From an uncultured Ignavibacteria bacterium (GTDB taxonomy: Bacteria > Bacteroidota > Ignavibacteria > SZUA-365), in the NCBI GenBank assembly GCA_913061095.1, contig CAJXVM010000022.1:7845-71844 (forward strand): DNA of 64,000 nt, read 5' to 3'. Below are positions 39,064-48,487 of this stretch, in pieces (position 1 is the first letter of the stretch; the number at the start of each line of letters is the position of its first letter). The position numbers and the translations under genes are program-made. The notes beneath the pieces were generated by a model. It did not search any database, had not been told where the DNA came from, and saw only the letters and a program-made list of their open reading frames with translations.

Positions 39064-40122
39064 ATGCGCCGCATCCTGACTCTCGCGATCATCTTTCTGA
39101 CCCTCCCATCGGTCCGGCTTTCCGCACAGTCCGATTCAACCGCCTTCGATCATCTCCCCTTCGCCATGTACAGCACCGACGACGGCTTCGGTGCCGGATA
39201 CAAGGGTGTGCTGCGCAACTCATTCGGGATGCGGGAGTCGTTCGACCTCACCTTATTCCTCGCGACGCGTGGTGAACGCTGGGTCCGCCTCGGCTGGTCG
39301 CTCACCGACGCGGAGCTCCGGCAGGGGACGATATACGGACTCGCCGTCGATATCGTTGTCGATTACGACAAGATGATGAACAACCGGTTTTTCGGGATCG
39401 GACCGGATGCGAACTACGACGATCTCGAGGAGTACACCTATGAACCGCTGGAGATCACCACAGCCTTCAGCAGGGGATTCACCAGGAATTTCGTCAGCAC
39501 AGTGCAGCTGCGCTTCAAGCGTGTCTGGTCATATGGATTCGAGGATCAGAGCAGGCTTCGGAATCTCCCGGAGCACGCAGGCACCGCGGATCTGTGGTCC
39601 GCCATGCTGCAGCTGCGCCACGACACGCGCAACAGCGTCATCCATCCATCCTCCGGCATCGTGCTGCAGGCCGAAGTCGAACAGGCCATCGACCTCACAC
39701 CACATGCGTTTTCATGGACCCGATACGCAGCCCGCGTGCAGCATTACACCCGTGTACTGGGCATCATCCTGGCCCTGCGCGCGGATGCACAGTCCATGTC
39801 CGGCGACGTCCCCGTTCAGCACATGCTTTCCGTCGGCGGCAGCAGCACCGTGCGCGGCATCCCCAAAGACCGCTTCCTCGACCGCAGCAGCGCGATCGCC
39901 AACGCCGAGCTGCGCTTCCCGATCTGGCGGCGTCTCGGCGGCATCGTGGGGATGGACGCCGGTGCCGTCGCCCCCGACCTCGGTGCGCTTGCCGACTCCC
40001 GCTGGACCGTCGCCCCCGCGGCGGGACTGCGGCTGATTTTCGACACCTTCGTGACACGCGCTGATATCGGGGTGAGCGGGGAGACCGTGGGGTTTTATCT
40101 GAACTTCGGGCATATTTTTTAG
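39064..40122 (+). CDS. Omp85 / bacterial-surface-antigen (D15) family outer-membrane β-barrel
   Basis: Signal peptide MRRILTLAIIFLTLPSVRLSAQ, β-strand-rich body, and a C-terminus (GFYLNFGHIF) typical of Omp85/TamA barrels; AAGGAGG ribosome-binding site. Confidence 0.6.
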   Translation: MRRILTLAIIFLTLPSVRLSAQSDSTAFDHLPFAMYSTDDGFGAGYKGVLRNSFGMRESFDLTLFLATRGERWVRLGWSLTDAELRQGTIYGLAVDIVVDYDKMMNNRFFGIGPDANYDDLEEYTYEPLEITTAFSRGFTRNFVSTVQLRFKRVWSYGFEDQSRLRNLPEHAGTADLWSAMLQLRHDTRNSVIHPSSGIVLQAEVEQAIDLTPHAFSWTRYAARVQHYTRVLGIILALRADAQSMSGDVPVQHMLSVGGSSTVRGIPKDRFLDRSSAIANAELRFPIWRRLGGIVGMDAGAVAPDLGALADSRWTVAPAAGLRLIFDTFVTRADIGVSGETVGFYLNFGHIF

Positions 40123-40153
40123 GAACCACAGATTACGCTGATTACACAGAGGA

Positions 40154-40459
40154 TTATTTCGAGGAGAGTTTGTCCTCGACGCTGCGGACTTTGTCGTCCA
40201 TGGTCTGGTGGCGGTCGGTGCGCGTGCCGAATTTCATCACGGATGAAACGCGCGGCGCACCGGCTTCGTGAATCGCCTCGTGACAGCGGCGAACAGCAGT
40301 GAACACATCGTCCCACTCCCCTTCGATGTTTGTGCCGTACGCATGAAGATTGATCTTGAGTCCGGCTTCCTTCAGAATCGTTTCACACATCGCAACATAC
40401 TTTGAGACGGAAACACCGACTCCGAGTGGCACGACGGTCAAATCGGCAATGACATGCAT
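40154..40459 (-). CDS. MTH1187 / YkoF-family (thiamine-binding-like, UPF0045) small protein
   Basis: 101 aa; the N-terminus MHVIADLTVVPLGVGVSVSKYVA and overall layout are typical of this family. Confidence 0.65.
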   Translation of the reverse strand: MHVIADLTVVPLGVGVSVSKYVAMCETILKEAGLKINLHAYGTNIEGEWDDVFTAVRRCHEAIHEAGAPRVSSVMKFGTRTDRHQTMDDKVRSVEDKLSSK

Positions 40460-40594
40460 AAATGTATCCTCCTGGGGTTAAATGATGTGGCTGCGGCATG
40501 ACACAGGCAAAAATCACCAGCGTTGAGTTTCTGCATTGACCCTGCTGCGCAGCGCGGTTAGATTCTTCACACAGGTATTCAAAATAGGGAGAAC

Positions 40595-40780
40595 CACATG
40601 GATATCAATTCCATCACGTACGACAAGGACTCTCCGTCGTGAAGGAAAAGCCGCTGCCTGTCTAATCACTCCGCCCAGATCCTGACATACATGAAACTCA
40701 GCGGCATTCGCACCGGACTGCTGTTCAACTTCCATGAAGCAAACCTCCGAAACGGACTTGTCCGCTTCCGCCTGTAACCG
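40595..40780 (+). pseudogene. Decayed GxxExxY-family gene fragment
   Basis: Three short reading frames, MDINSITYDKDSPS*, VKEKPLPV* and HSAQILTYMKLSGIRTGLLFNFHEANLRNGLVRFRL*. They match, respectively, the N-terminus, the middle (QKPLPV) and the C-terminus (QLLTYLKLSGLKLGLLINFN) of GxxExxY proteins, but are interrupted by frameshifts and deletions. Confidence 0.6.
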
Positions 40781-40882
40781 AAAAGAGGGCTGCCGACAGG
40801 CAGCCCTCCGATCATCTCGTCTGTGTAATCAGCGTAATCTGTGGTTCAATTCATCGGAATCTCCTCACAGATCATCCTGAAA

Positions 40883-43800
40883 TCACTCCTGCATCACCTG
40901 CTCCAACCCCTCGAAGTACTTCCGGATCAGCACTTCGTAATCCCTCGCATACCCCTCGTTCACTGCCTTCTGCAGATCGTACCGCAGTCCCTCCTGCGGA
41001 TCGAGGGCGTTTTCGTCGAGGGCGGAAGGACTGCTGCGCGCGACATCCTCGCCGGTGCGGCTGCGGCGGCGCTTCTCCCAGTCGCGCTCGCGCATCGAAC
41101 GGGAGGCGTCGAGCAGACGCGAGAGAATGCGCTCCTGCTTCTGCATGGTGTTGGGATTCACATTCTCCTGCTGCATGTCGCGCACCACTTCCTGCATCTC
41201 TTCGGCGATGCGCTCGAGATCGCCCGTCAGACGGCGTCCCTCGTCACTGCGCTTCGCTTCCTCGTTGAGCTCCTGCAGCGACTTCTGCATCGCCGCCTGC
41301 TGCTGCATCAGGCGCTGCAGCTGCTGGCGCTCACGCATGGACATCTGTCCGTCCGTCGGCGTGGGCATGTTGGCGTTGATGTCCATCTGCTGCTGCGCCA
41401 TCTGGCGAAGCTGCTGCAACAGCGACCCGCCCTGTCCGCTGCCGCTCTGGGAGGATTTCTGCAGTCCCTTCGCCAGTTCTTTCGCGGCCTCGTTCAGCTC
41501 GGCCATCGCGCCGCCCTGCTGCTGTCCGCCCGAGCGCTGATCGCGGTTCTGCATGCTCTTGAGCGCTTCCTGCATTTTCTTCATCGCCTTGCCGAGATGC
41601 TGCGCCATCTGCGGATTCACCGCGAAGGTCTTTTTCGCCAGCTCCATCAGCTCGTTGCCCGTCTGATTGAGCTGCTCCATCAGGCGCATCTGCTCGCGCG
41701 TGGCCTCGCGATACTGCGGCGAATTCACCGGCAGCTTCTGCACCTGGTTCTTCAGTGCCTCCTGCTGCTTCGACATTTCCAGCACTTCCTTGAGCGCCTT
41801 CTGGAACGCGCGCTGTACCATCTTCTGCATCTGCTGCTGCATCTTCTTTTTCACGTTCTGCATGCTCTGCTGGAACTTCCGCATTTTCTGCGCCGTCTTC
41901 TTCATGCTCTGCGAAGCGCTCTGGCAGTTGCCGCCCTGGCACTGGCTGGCGGACTGGCTCATCGACTGATTCATATTCGCTTCGTTGAGCTCGTTCTGCG
42001 CCTGCTGCATTTCGTCGAGCGGCATCTCCTGCGGGAATTCCTCCATCTTCTTCTGCAGCTCCGACATCTCGCGCTGCATCGCCTCCATCTCCTTCTGCAG
42101 CTGCCGCTGCTCCTCGGCCAGCTTGTCAAGCTGCTCCTGGTTCTGCGAATCAGCGTTCTCGGTTCGCTGCGCCAGGTCCTCCTGCTTCTTCGCCAGCTCC
42201 TCGGCGCGCTTGGTGATCTCGTCCACCTTCTGCTCGATCTGGATGCGCTTGAGCAGGTCGATCGTGCGTTCGATGCTGCGGCGGAAATTCTCCTCGTTGA
42301 ATTCGAAGTTCTCCATCGCCTGCTTCATCTGCTCGGGACTCATCTCGCGCATCATTTCCTCCATGCGCTTGCGGGCCTCCTGCAGTTCCGGCGCGTCGAC
42401 CTCCTTCATGAGCTGATCCAGCTCTTCGTACTTGCGCAGCGTCTCCTCGGAGATCATGTTCTGCTTCTGCATGTCCTCCTTGAGGCGGTTCATCTGCTCA
42501 TTGACCTTCTCGACGTCTTTGAGCATCTCTTCCTGCCGCTTCATCAGCTCTTCCATCTTCTTCTGCTGCTGCCAGTCGAGCTTCTCGGCATTCTGCTGCT
42601 TCATCTCCTGCTGCAGCTTGTCGAGCTCGCGCTGCACGTCCTGCGCAGCCTTGAGCGTCTCCTCGAGATTCTCGATCGCCTTCTCCTGCTCATTGTCCGC
42701 CCGCGCGAACACCTCCTCCAGCGAGGGCAGGCGCAGCGAGAACACCTGGCTGCGGCCGACCTTGGGACCGTTGACCACGTCGTTGTCGAAGATCTCGATG
42801 TAATAATTCACCACATCCTCGGGCACGAGGCTCATCGAAGTCAGATTCCAGATGTACGGCACCTCCATCTCCAGCTCGCGCGCCGACGGCAGCGGGATGA
42901 TGATGGAGGAATACTCCTCGTGCGGCTTCTCGTAGCGCGAGGCGGCCAGACGGTACTTCAGCACCATCTTCGTGAATCCGTAGTCGTCGCTGATGCGTGA
43001 AATCAGCGGCAGGCGCATGCTCTCGTCGAGATCCGTGTTCATGCCGGGCTCGAGCACGTCGATCACTGGCACCATGTCGGGCACCACCTTCAGCGTGTAC
43101 TCGATGGGATTCGCGTTCGCGATCCCGCTTTCATCCACCAGCGCCACGTGCCAGGAGGCATCCTTCGTCAGAGGGAAGGATGTCTGCGCACGGGCGTCGC
43201 CGTGCTCGATGGACACGCGCTGGCTGTCGTTGAACACGATCGCCGCCTCGGACACTTCCTTGTTGAATGCGAGATCGAGGGAGATGCGCGTCCCAGCCAG
43301 GGCCGTCACGTCGCCCATGTTGTCGTCGAGGTAGCGCGGGGGGAGCTTCGTGTAGGAGGGATAGGTCAGCCGCACGCGCAGTGAACGCACGAACGGACGA
43401 TCCACCACATCGACGGCGAACTGCCGGCTGCGATACCCCGCCGCCTCGGCATAGTACACGATGGAGCCGCGGATCGAGGGGATGGAATGCACATACGCGC
43501 CGCTGCTGTCGAGCGTCGTAACCACGGCGTCGAATTCCTCCTGTCCCTCCTCGCGAAGATGAAACGTGATCTCGGGCTGCTTTTCCGCCGTGGTCGTGGC
43601 GGTCAGGCGCAGTTCCTCGCCCTTCACGGCCTCGCGGTCACCGGGCTCGACAATGAAATCGAAGGGTGCGGGGGGAGCGAAGTCGGTGCGGAAATTGACA
43701 ATGCGGTGCAGGGCCCCGCCCAGCGTGCCGGGCATCATCGCGAACAGCACCGCCCCGATGAGGATGCTCAGCAGGGCGCTTCGGCCTGCGCGCTTTGCAG

Positions 43801-44296
43801 GAGCCGTATCCACTACCGGCGCGAGGTCCAGCCGGTCGAAGGCGTCGGCCACGTCGCGGAAGCCGGCGTCCACCAGCTCGGGGGAATACGCCGCGTGCTT
43901 TTCCCGGCGCATTTCGCGGAATACCTGCATGGCGTTGAGCAGGCGGTCCTTGATGTACGGAAAATAGGATCCGACTTCGAGCGCCACAGTATCTTCGGAT
44001 TTCCGCCGGTGCTCGGAGAAGCGCAGCATCAGGGGCGGGACAACAAACGCGGCTGCCGCAGCGAGAATGCCGATACCCGCGATGGAAAACAGCAGCGTGC
44101 GTCCCTCGATGCCGAAGCGGAACACCGCCTCCAGCAGCGCGGCGCCGATGACGATGCCGATCACCGATACCAGCGTGAAAGACAGTCCCCGCCGCAGGTG
44201 CACGCCCTCTTCGCGTCCACGCACACCCCGCAGGGCATCCATGATTTTGTCGTAATTCCTGAGCTTCGTCTCGTCCGTCATGTCATTTCCTTTCAC
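40883..44296 (-). CDS. DUF4175-like membrane protein with a very long Q/E/K-rich coiled coil
   Basis: 1137 aa. N-terminal transmembrane segments, an extended low-complexity coiled coil (QQQ/EEM/KKM), and a conserved C-terminus (ERILSRLLDASRSMRERDWE...VLIRKYFEGL). The start ATG overlaps the stop of the upstream DUF4159 gene (ATGA). Confidence 0.7.
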   Translation of the reverse strand: MKGNDMTDETKLRNYDKIMDALRGVRGREEGVHLRRGLSFTLVSVIGIVIGAALLEAVFRFGIEGRTLLFSIAGIGILAAAAAFVVPPLMLRFSEHRRKSEDTVALEVGSYFPYIKDRLLNAMQVFREMRREKHAAYSPELVDAGFRDVADAFDRLDLAPVVDTAPAKRAGRSALLSILIGAVLFAMMPGTLGGALHRIVNFRTDFAPPAPFDFIVEPGDREAVKGEELRLTATTTAEKQPEITFHLREEGQEEFDAVVTTLDSSGAYVHSIPSIRGSIVYYAEAAGYRSRQFAVDVVDRPFVRSLRVRLTYPSYTKLPPRYLDDNMGDVTALAGTRISLDLAFNKEVSEAAIVFNDSQRVSIEHGDARAQTSFPLTKDASWHVALVDESGIANANPIEYTLKVVPDMVPVIDVLEPGMNTDLDESMRLPLISRISDDYGFTKMVLKYRLAASRYEKPHEEYSSIIIPLPSARELEMEVPYIWNLTSMSLVPEDVVNYYIEIFDNDVVNGPKVGRSQVFSLRLPSLEEVFARADNEQEKAIENLEETLKAAQDVQRELDKLQQEMKQQNAEKLDWQQQKKMEELMKRQEEMLKDVEKVNEQMNRLKEDMQKQNMISEETLRKYEELDQLMKEVDAPELQEARKRMEEMMREMSPEQMKQAMENFEFNEENFRRSIERTIDLLKRIQIEQKVDEITKRAEELAKKQEDLAQRTENADSQNQEQLDKLAEEQRQLQKEMEAMQREMSELQKKMEEFPQEMPLDEMQQAQNELNEANMNQSMSQSASQCQGGNCQSASQSMKKTAQKMRKFQQSMQNVKKKMQQQMQKMVQRAFQKALKEVLEMSKQQEALKNQVQKLPVNSPQYREATREQMRLMEQLNQTGNELMELAKKTFAVNPQMAQHLGKAMKKMQEALKSMQNRDQRSGGQQQGGAMAELNEAAKELAKGLQKSSQSGSGQGGSLLQQLRQMAQQQMDINANMPTPTDGQMSMRERQQLQRLMQQQAAMQKSLQELNEEAKRSDEGRRLTGDLERIAEEMQEVVRDMQQENVNPNTMQKQERILSRLLDASRSMRERDWEKRRRSRTGEDVARSSPSALDENALDPQEGLRYDLQKAVNEGYARDYEVLIRKYFEGLEQVMQE

Positions 44297-45063
44297 TGCG
44301 TCAGCGCCCAGACAATGATATTCAGTCCCATTCGTAGCGCCTTCTGGCGCACCTCTTCCGGATCCTTGTGGATGTCGGGATCCGCCCAGCCGTCGGCGAG
44401 ATTGCTTTCATAGGTATAGAAAACAACGAGCCGTCCCTCGTGAAAGATCCCGAATCCCTGCGGCGGTTTCTTGTCATGCTCGTGAATCTTGGGGAGGCCG
44501 TTGGGGAAGTCGTAATGCACGTGGTAAATCCCGTGGCTGAACGGCAGCTCCACCAGCTCCTTTTCCGGGAACACCTTTTTCATCTCCCGGCGGAAGGCCT
44601 TGTCGAAGCCGTAGTCGTCATCCACGTAGAGGAATCCCCCGTTTTCGAGATAGGTGCGCAGGTTCTGCGCCTCGCGGTCGGTCAGCGAGATACTGCCGTG
44701 TCCGGTCATGAACACGAAAGGATAGGAGAATAGCTTCTCGCTGCCCACTTCCACGTACTGCTCGGTGCGCACGTCCACGTCGATGTCCGTCTGCTGCCTG
44801 AGGAAGCGCAGCATGTTCAGTTCGCTGGACGGATCGTTGTACCAGTCGCCGCCGCCCTCGTACTTCACGCGCGCGATGACAAACTTGCTGCCGGACTGCA
44901 CCACCGACGTGCCACCGGTGGACGCGCCATCGGCTGACACATCTCCGTTCTGCCCCGCCGCATTCCCGCCGGAGAGCAGGAACAGGAGCGCAACGGAGAG
45001 GAAGCCGCATATCGTCTGTATCGAAAGTCTCTGACGTTCAATCATAGTGTGGAAAAGTAGCAT
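44293..45063 (-). CDS. DUF4159 domain protein
   Basis: KFVIARVKYEGGGDWYNDPSSELNML signature of DUF4159; 256 aa, translationally coupled to the DUF4175-like gene. Confidence 0.7.
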   Translation of the reverse strand: MLLFHTMIERQRLSIQTICGFLSVALLFLLSGGNAAGQNGDVSADGASTGGTSVVQSGSKFVIARVKYEGGGDWYNDPSSELNMLRFLRQQTDIDVDVRTEQYVEVGSEKLFSYPFVFMTGHGSISLTDREAQNLRTYLENGGFLYVDDDYGFDKAFRREMKKVFPEKELVELPFSHGIYHVHYDFPNGLPKIHEHDKKPPQGFGIFHEGRLVVFYTYESNLADGWADPDIHKDPEEVRQKALRMGLNIIVWALTQ

Positions 45064-45301
45064 GGGCGGGGGTACAGTGCAAGGTGAATATCGTTCTCTG
45101 CGTTCCTCAGCGTTCCTCTGTGGTGAAAAACCCTCTGCGTCCTCTCCACGTGAAGTGACGCATGATGCGCGGGCGGATAATGCATGCAGGGAAAACGGCT
45201 GGGCGGGAGCAGTTCACACGCCTCTGTACGGCAGTCCGTATTGCATGTTCATTTTCGGATAGTTACATTCCGTTGTTGCGTCACAAGCCCCCGGTGCCCG
45301 C

Positions 45302-45697
45302 ATGAAGGATTTTTCCATCAAGAAGCTCTACTACTCGATCAGCGAGGTGAGCAAGATCACGAACCTGGAGCAGTACGTTCTGCGCTACTGGGAGTCCGAG
45401 TTCGACGAACTGAAGCCCGCGAAAAACCGCGCCGGGAACCGCATTTACACCAACAAGGACATTCAGCTCATCCTCTTCATCAAGAAGCTCCTGCGGGATG
45501 AACGCTACACCATCGAAGGAGCCAAGCAGGTGCTGAAGACGTACACTCCCGGACAGGAGCACGATTTCGCGGGTGAGGACGAAGAATCGGATACCGCCCA
45601 GACGGCACTCGTCTTCGAGCCGGAAGGCAAACTGCGCGAAGATCTGCTGAAAATACGGCAGTTCCTCGAGGATCTCCGCGAGCGCGTCCGCGGCTGA
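45302..45697 (+). CDS. MerR-family transcriptional regulator
   Basis: YSISEVSKITNLEQYVLRYWESEF helix-turn-helix typical of MerR; 131 aa. Confidence 0.75.
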   Translation: MKDFSIKKLYYSISEVSKITNLEQYVLRYWESEFDELKPAKNRAGNRIYTNKDIQLILFIKKLLRDERYTIEGAKQVLKTYTPGQEHDFAGEDEESDTAQTALVFEPEGKLREDLLKIRQFLEDLRERVRG

Positions 45698-45706
45698 GCG
45701 CCGCGC

Positions 45707-45737
45707 ATCGGCAGGATCACACCTGCCGGCGTTTTGC
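45707..45737 (+). terminator. Rho-independent terminator after the MerR gene
   Basis: ATCGGCAGG-ATCACAC-CTGCCGG followed by CGTTTTGCCC. Confidence 0.45.
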
Positions 45738-45819
45738 CCGCGTATCCTTCCCCTCAATTAGGTTTTTCTTCCTGATTTGTTGTATATTTGATGTCTCGCA
45801 TCCCCGTGATGCGACGGTT

Positions 45820-45893
<74 letters not shown>

Positions 45894-45906
45894 CGAAGAT
45901 TGTGAC

Positions 45907-45939
45907 GACGGGCATTCCATTGAGGATGCCCGTTTTTTC
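45907..45939 (+). terminator. Rho-independent terminator after tRNA-Pro, also placed for the convergent rnhC
   Basis: GACGGGCAT-TCCATTGAG-GATGCCCGT followed by TTTTTT. Confidence 0.65.
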
Positions 45940-45975
45940 GTTTAGGATTGGGGAGTGATCAACAAGGCTGAACCC

Positions 45976-46926
45976 TCAAAACAAATCCCCCATCCCCAGC
46001 TTCCCCGCCATCTTCTCCGTTGTCTTGAAATGCAGCTTCGCGTACTTCTTCATCCCCTCCGCTCCCTCATTCTTCACGATGTGATCGGCGGCGCGGAGGA
46101 TGGCACTTTCGTTTGAGGCGCCAAGAGGCAGAGCACAGCCGCCCTGCTCCTCGAGCTGCTTCATGCGGCGCGTGAATTCATCGCGGGCGATGATGGACGC
46201 CGCCGCAACGGCGGGGTCGGCCTCGGCGCGGACGTGCTGATGGACGGTGATGCCGCGTCCCCTTTTCATCAGCGCCCGCTCGATGACGGACTCCTGTGCG
46301 AATTTGTCGCAGATCGCATGCTCCACTCCCTCGTGCTTCTCGAGAATGTTCTCGATCACGCGCGCGTGCATCCAGGCGAGCATGCGCTGGGAGTTCCGCC
46401 CGAAAGCGGACTGCGCCATCAGCTCGTTGTAGCGTTCGGGCATGATGGTGACCACGGTCACGCCATCCCCGCAGATCGAGCGGATCTCGCGCGCGGCCTG
46501 GGTAATGCGTCCGCCGGTCAGCTCCTTGCTGTCGCGCAGCAGGAGGGGACGCAGACGCAGCAGCGCGTCGGCATCCACCAGTACGCCCGCCGCGGTGAGC
46601 GGACCGAAATAATCACCCTTCCCCGATTCATCCACCCCGATCCACGACGTCACCGTTTCGGGAAGGAACGGACTCGCGACCGGTTCGTCGCCGTACAGCT
46701 GCAGCTCCACCAGCTCGCGCACGGGCGTCTTTTTCCCCTGCACCTTCGGCGTGAGCTTGCCCTTGCTGTTGAAATACACCAGCACCTTCACCTTCTGCGC
46801 TCCATTGCCAACGTCGGCCTCGACGTTCCAGTCCTTGTGCATGATGGGGTCGACCAGCAGTCCGGCGGCCGTGCAGCGGTCCAATATGGTATTGAGGGCT
46901 TCTTCAGCGAGCTGGGAGGCTGTCAT
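45976..46926 (-). CDS. rnhC: Ribonuclease HIII
   Basis: Catalytic IGVDESGKGDYFGPL motif (RNase HII/HIII) plus a ~90-aa N-terminal extension, at HIII length (~317 aa). The start was set at the ATG at 46926; the 760-aa track ORF continues upstream as antisense to the M23 peptidase gene. Confidence 0.75.
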   Translation of the reverse strand: MTASQLAEEALNTILDRCTAAGLLVDPIMHKDWNVEADVGNGAQKVKVLVYFNSKGKLTPKVQGKKTPVRELVELQLYGDEPVASPFLPETVTSWIGVDESGKGDYFGPLTAAGVLVDADALLRLRPLLLRDSKELTGGRITQAAREIRSICGDGVTVVTIMPERYNELMAQSAFGRNSQRMLAWMHARVIENILEKHEGVEHAICDKFAQESVIERALMKRGRGITVHQHVRAEADPAVAAASIIARDEFTRRMKQLEEQGGCALPLGASNESAILRAADHIVKNEGAEGMKKYAKLHFKTTEKMAGKLGMGDLF

Positions 46927-46989
46927 GGGGGGAAATATAACACCACCGCGCATTTGACACACATTTCCGCTTCGCCGTATTTTTTGGAG

Positions 46990-48324
46990 ATGAAACTCGA
47001 GCTGTTCCCCTCGCAGAAACACAGGTATGCCGCAGTGGTCGCCGCGGTGCTGCTTGCCGTCACCACCGTGACGATATGGACGCTTTCGGAAAGCGCCGCC
47101 GTGTCCACGAAACATGCCGGTGCCACGCCGGTACCCGCTCCCCCGGCACTCGCGGAAAACCCGGAGGCGCTGGGACTCCAGCATTACGAGGGCAGCATCA
47201 AACCCCGCATGCCCTTCATCGCGGCCATGCTCGATGCCGGCATCGAGCGTCCGGTGGCCGACACGATTCAGAAACACCTGGGCACGGTGGAGTTCGATTT
47301 CCGCAAATGCCGTCCCGGACAGACTTTCATCGCGCAGGTGGATTCCACCGGCAGGCTGTACGCCTTCAATTACGTCACCAACCGCCTGCACAGCTACTGG
47401 ATCAGCCGCGACAGCAGCGACATGCTGCGCGCCAGCACCTGGGAAACTCCCGTCGAAACCGAACTGCTTTCCATCGAGGGCAGCGTGGAGACATCGGTGT
47501 ACCAGACCATCCTCGGCATGGGCGAACGGCCGCAGCTGGTGGCCGACTATGTGGACGTCCTCGGCTACGACATCGACTTCATTTTCGATCCGCGCGTGGG
47601 CGACCGCTTCCGCATCCTGGTCGAGCGCCGCATGCTCGATGATGAAATAGTGGGATACGGAAACATCCTTGCCGCGGAATACGAAGGAGAACTGACCGGA
47701 CGCGTGGTGGGCTACCGCTTCGACGCCGGGGAGGAGGACGGTCCGGGCTACTTCGCGCCCGACGGCGAGAACCTTCAGAAAGCCTTCATGCGCTCGCCGC
47801 TGAGCATCCTGCGCGTGACCAGCGGCTACGGCATGCGCACCCATCCCATCTCTGGCAAGCGTAAAATGCACACCGGCATCGATTACGCCGCTCCCACCGG
47901 CACGCCCGTCTGGGCGGTCGGCTCCGGCACAGTGGCCTTCACCGGCTGGAAGGGCGGCTACGGAAAGACCATCGAGATCAAGCACTCCGGCGCGGTGAAG
48001 ACGCGTTACGGACATCTCTCGAAGATTTTCGTTCGGAAGGGACAGGCGGTGCGGCAGCATCAGACCATCGGCGCGGTGGGCAGCACGGGCTACTCGACCG
48101 GACCCCACCTGCACTTCGAATACCTCGTCAACGGCAAGTTCACACAGCCGCGCAAGGTGAAGAATCCCTCGCTCAAGCGTCTGGAGGAAGGACAGATGCC
48201 CGCATTCACCAGCGAAATGGGACGCATCGACAGCCTGTGGATGAACACGCCGAAGCATATCGGCGAACTGCGCCGCAACGCCATCGCCGGCGCACGGAGT
48301 CCGGCCGCCAGCAAGGACGCCTGA
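46990..48324 (+). CDS. M23-family peptidoglycan metalloendopeptidase
   Basis: Signal/transmembrane N-terminus, HTGIDYAAPTGTPV (HxxxD) and GSTGYSTGPHLHFE (HxH) LytM/M23 motifs. The start was taken at MKLELFPSQ (46990). Confidence 0.8.
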   Translation: MKLELFPSQKHRYAAVVAAVLLAVTTVTIWTLSESAAVSTKHAGATPVPAPPALAENPEALGLQHYEGSIKPRMPFIAAMLDAGIERPVADTIQKHLGTVEFDFRKCRPGQTFIAQVDSTGRLYAFNYVTNRLHSYWISRDSSDMLRASTWETPVETELLSIEGSVETSVYQTILGMGERPQLVADYVDVLGYDIDFIFDPRVGDRFRILVERRMLDDEIVGYGNILAAEYEGELTGRVVGYRFDAGEEDGPGYFAPDGENLQKAFMRSPLSILRVTSGYGMRTHPISGKRKMHTGIDYAAPTGTPVWAVGSGTVAFTGWKGGYGKTIEIKHSGAVKTRYGHLSKIFVRKGQAVRQHQTIGAVGSTGYSTGPHLHFEYLVNGKFTQPRKVKNPSLKRLEEGQMPAFTSEMGRIDSLWMNTPKHIGELRRNAIAGARSPAASKDA

Positions 48325-48487
48325 TCACCGCGGGCAGATCCGGTGCATTCGCACCGCACCCCCGAACAGCACGGCTGTGCGGCATCCCCGCATCACACCT
48401 CGAGTGCTACGCTCGATTTCGAAGGCAACTCTCACCCGTTTGCTCCGTACAGAAAAGAGCAATCTGTCATACAGCAAGAGAACGACG

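Larger units (their letters stand above)
40124..40846. mobile_element. About 720-bp cassette bounded by perfect 26-bp inverted repeats (MITE / IS-remnant-like)
   Basis: AACCACAGATTACGCTGATTACACAG at 40124..40149 and its exact reverse complement at 40821..40846. They enclose a YkoF-like gene and a decayed GxxExxY gene. Confidence 0.55.

Noticed and set aside
40841-43000. 719-aa plus-strand ORF rich in L/H/Q
   Set aside because: Mirror image of the minus-strand coiled-coil gene; reverse-complement codons of E/K/Q/M repeats give L/H/F low complexity.
46234-46989. Upstream extension of the M23 peptidase ORF (696 aa in track)
   Set aside because: This portion is antisense to RNase HIII (45976..46926, minus), which has a clear catalytic motif. 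The peptidase signal peptide starts at the Met at 46990.
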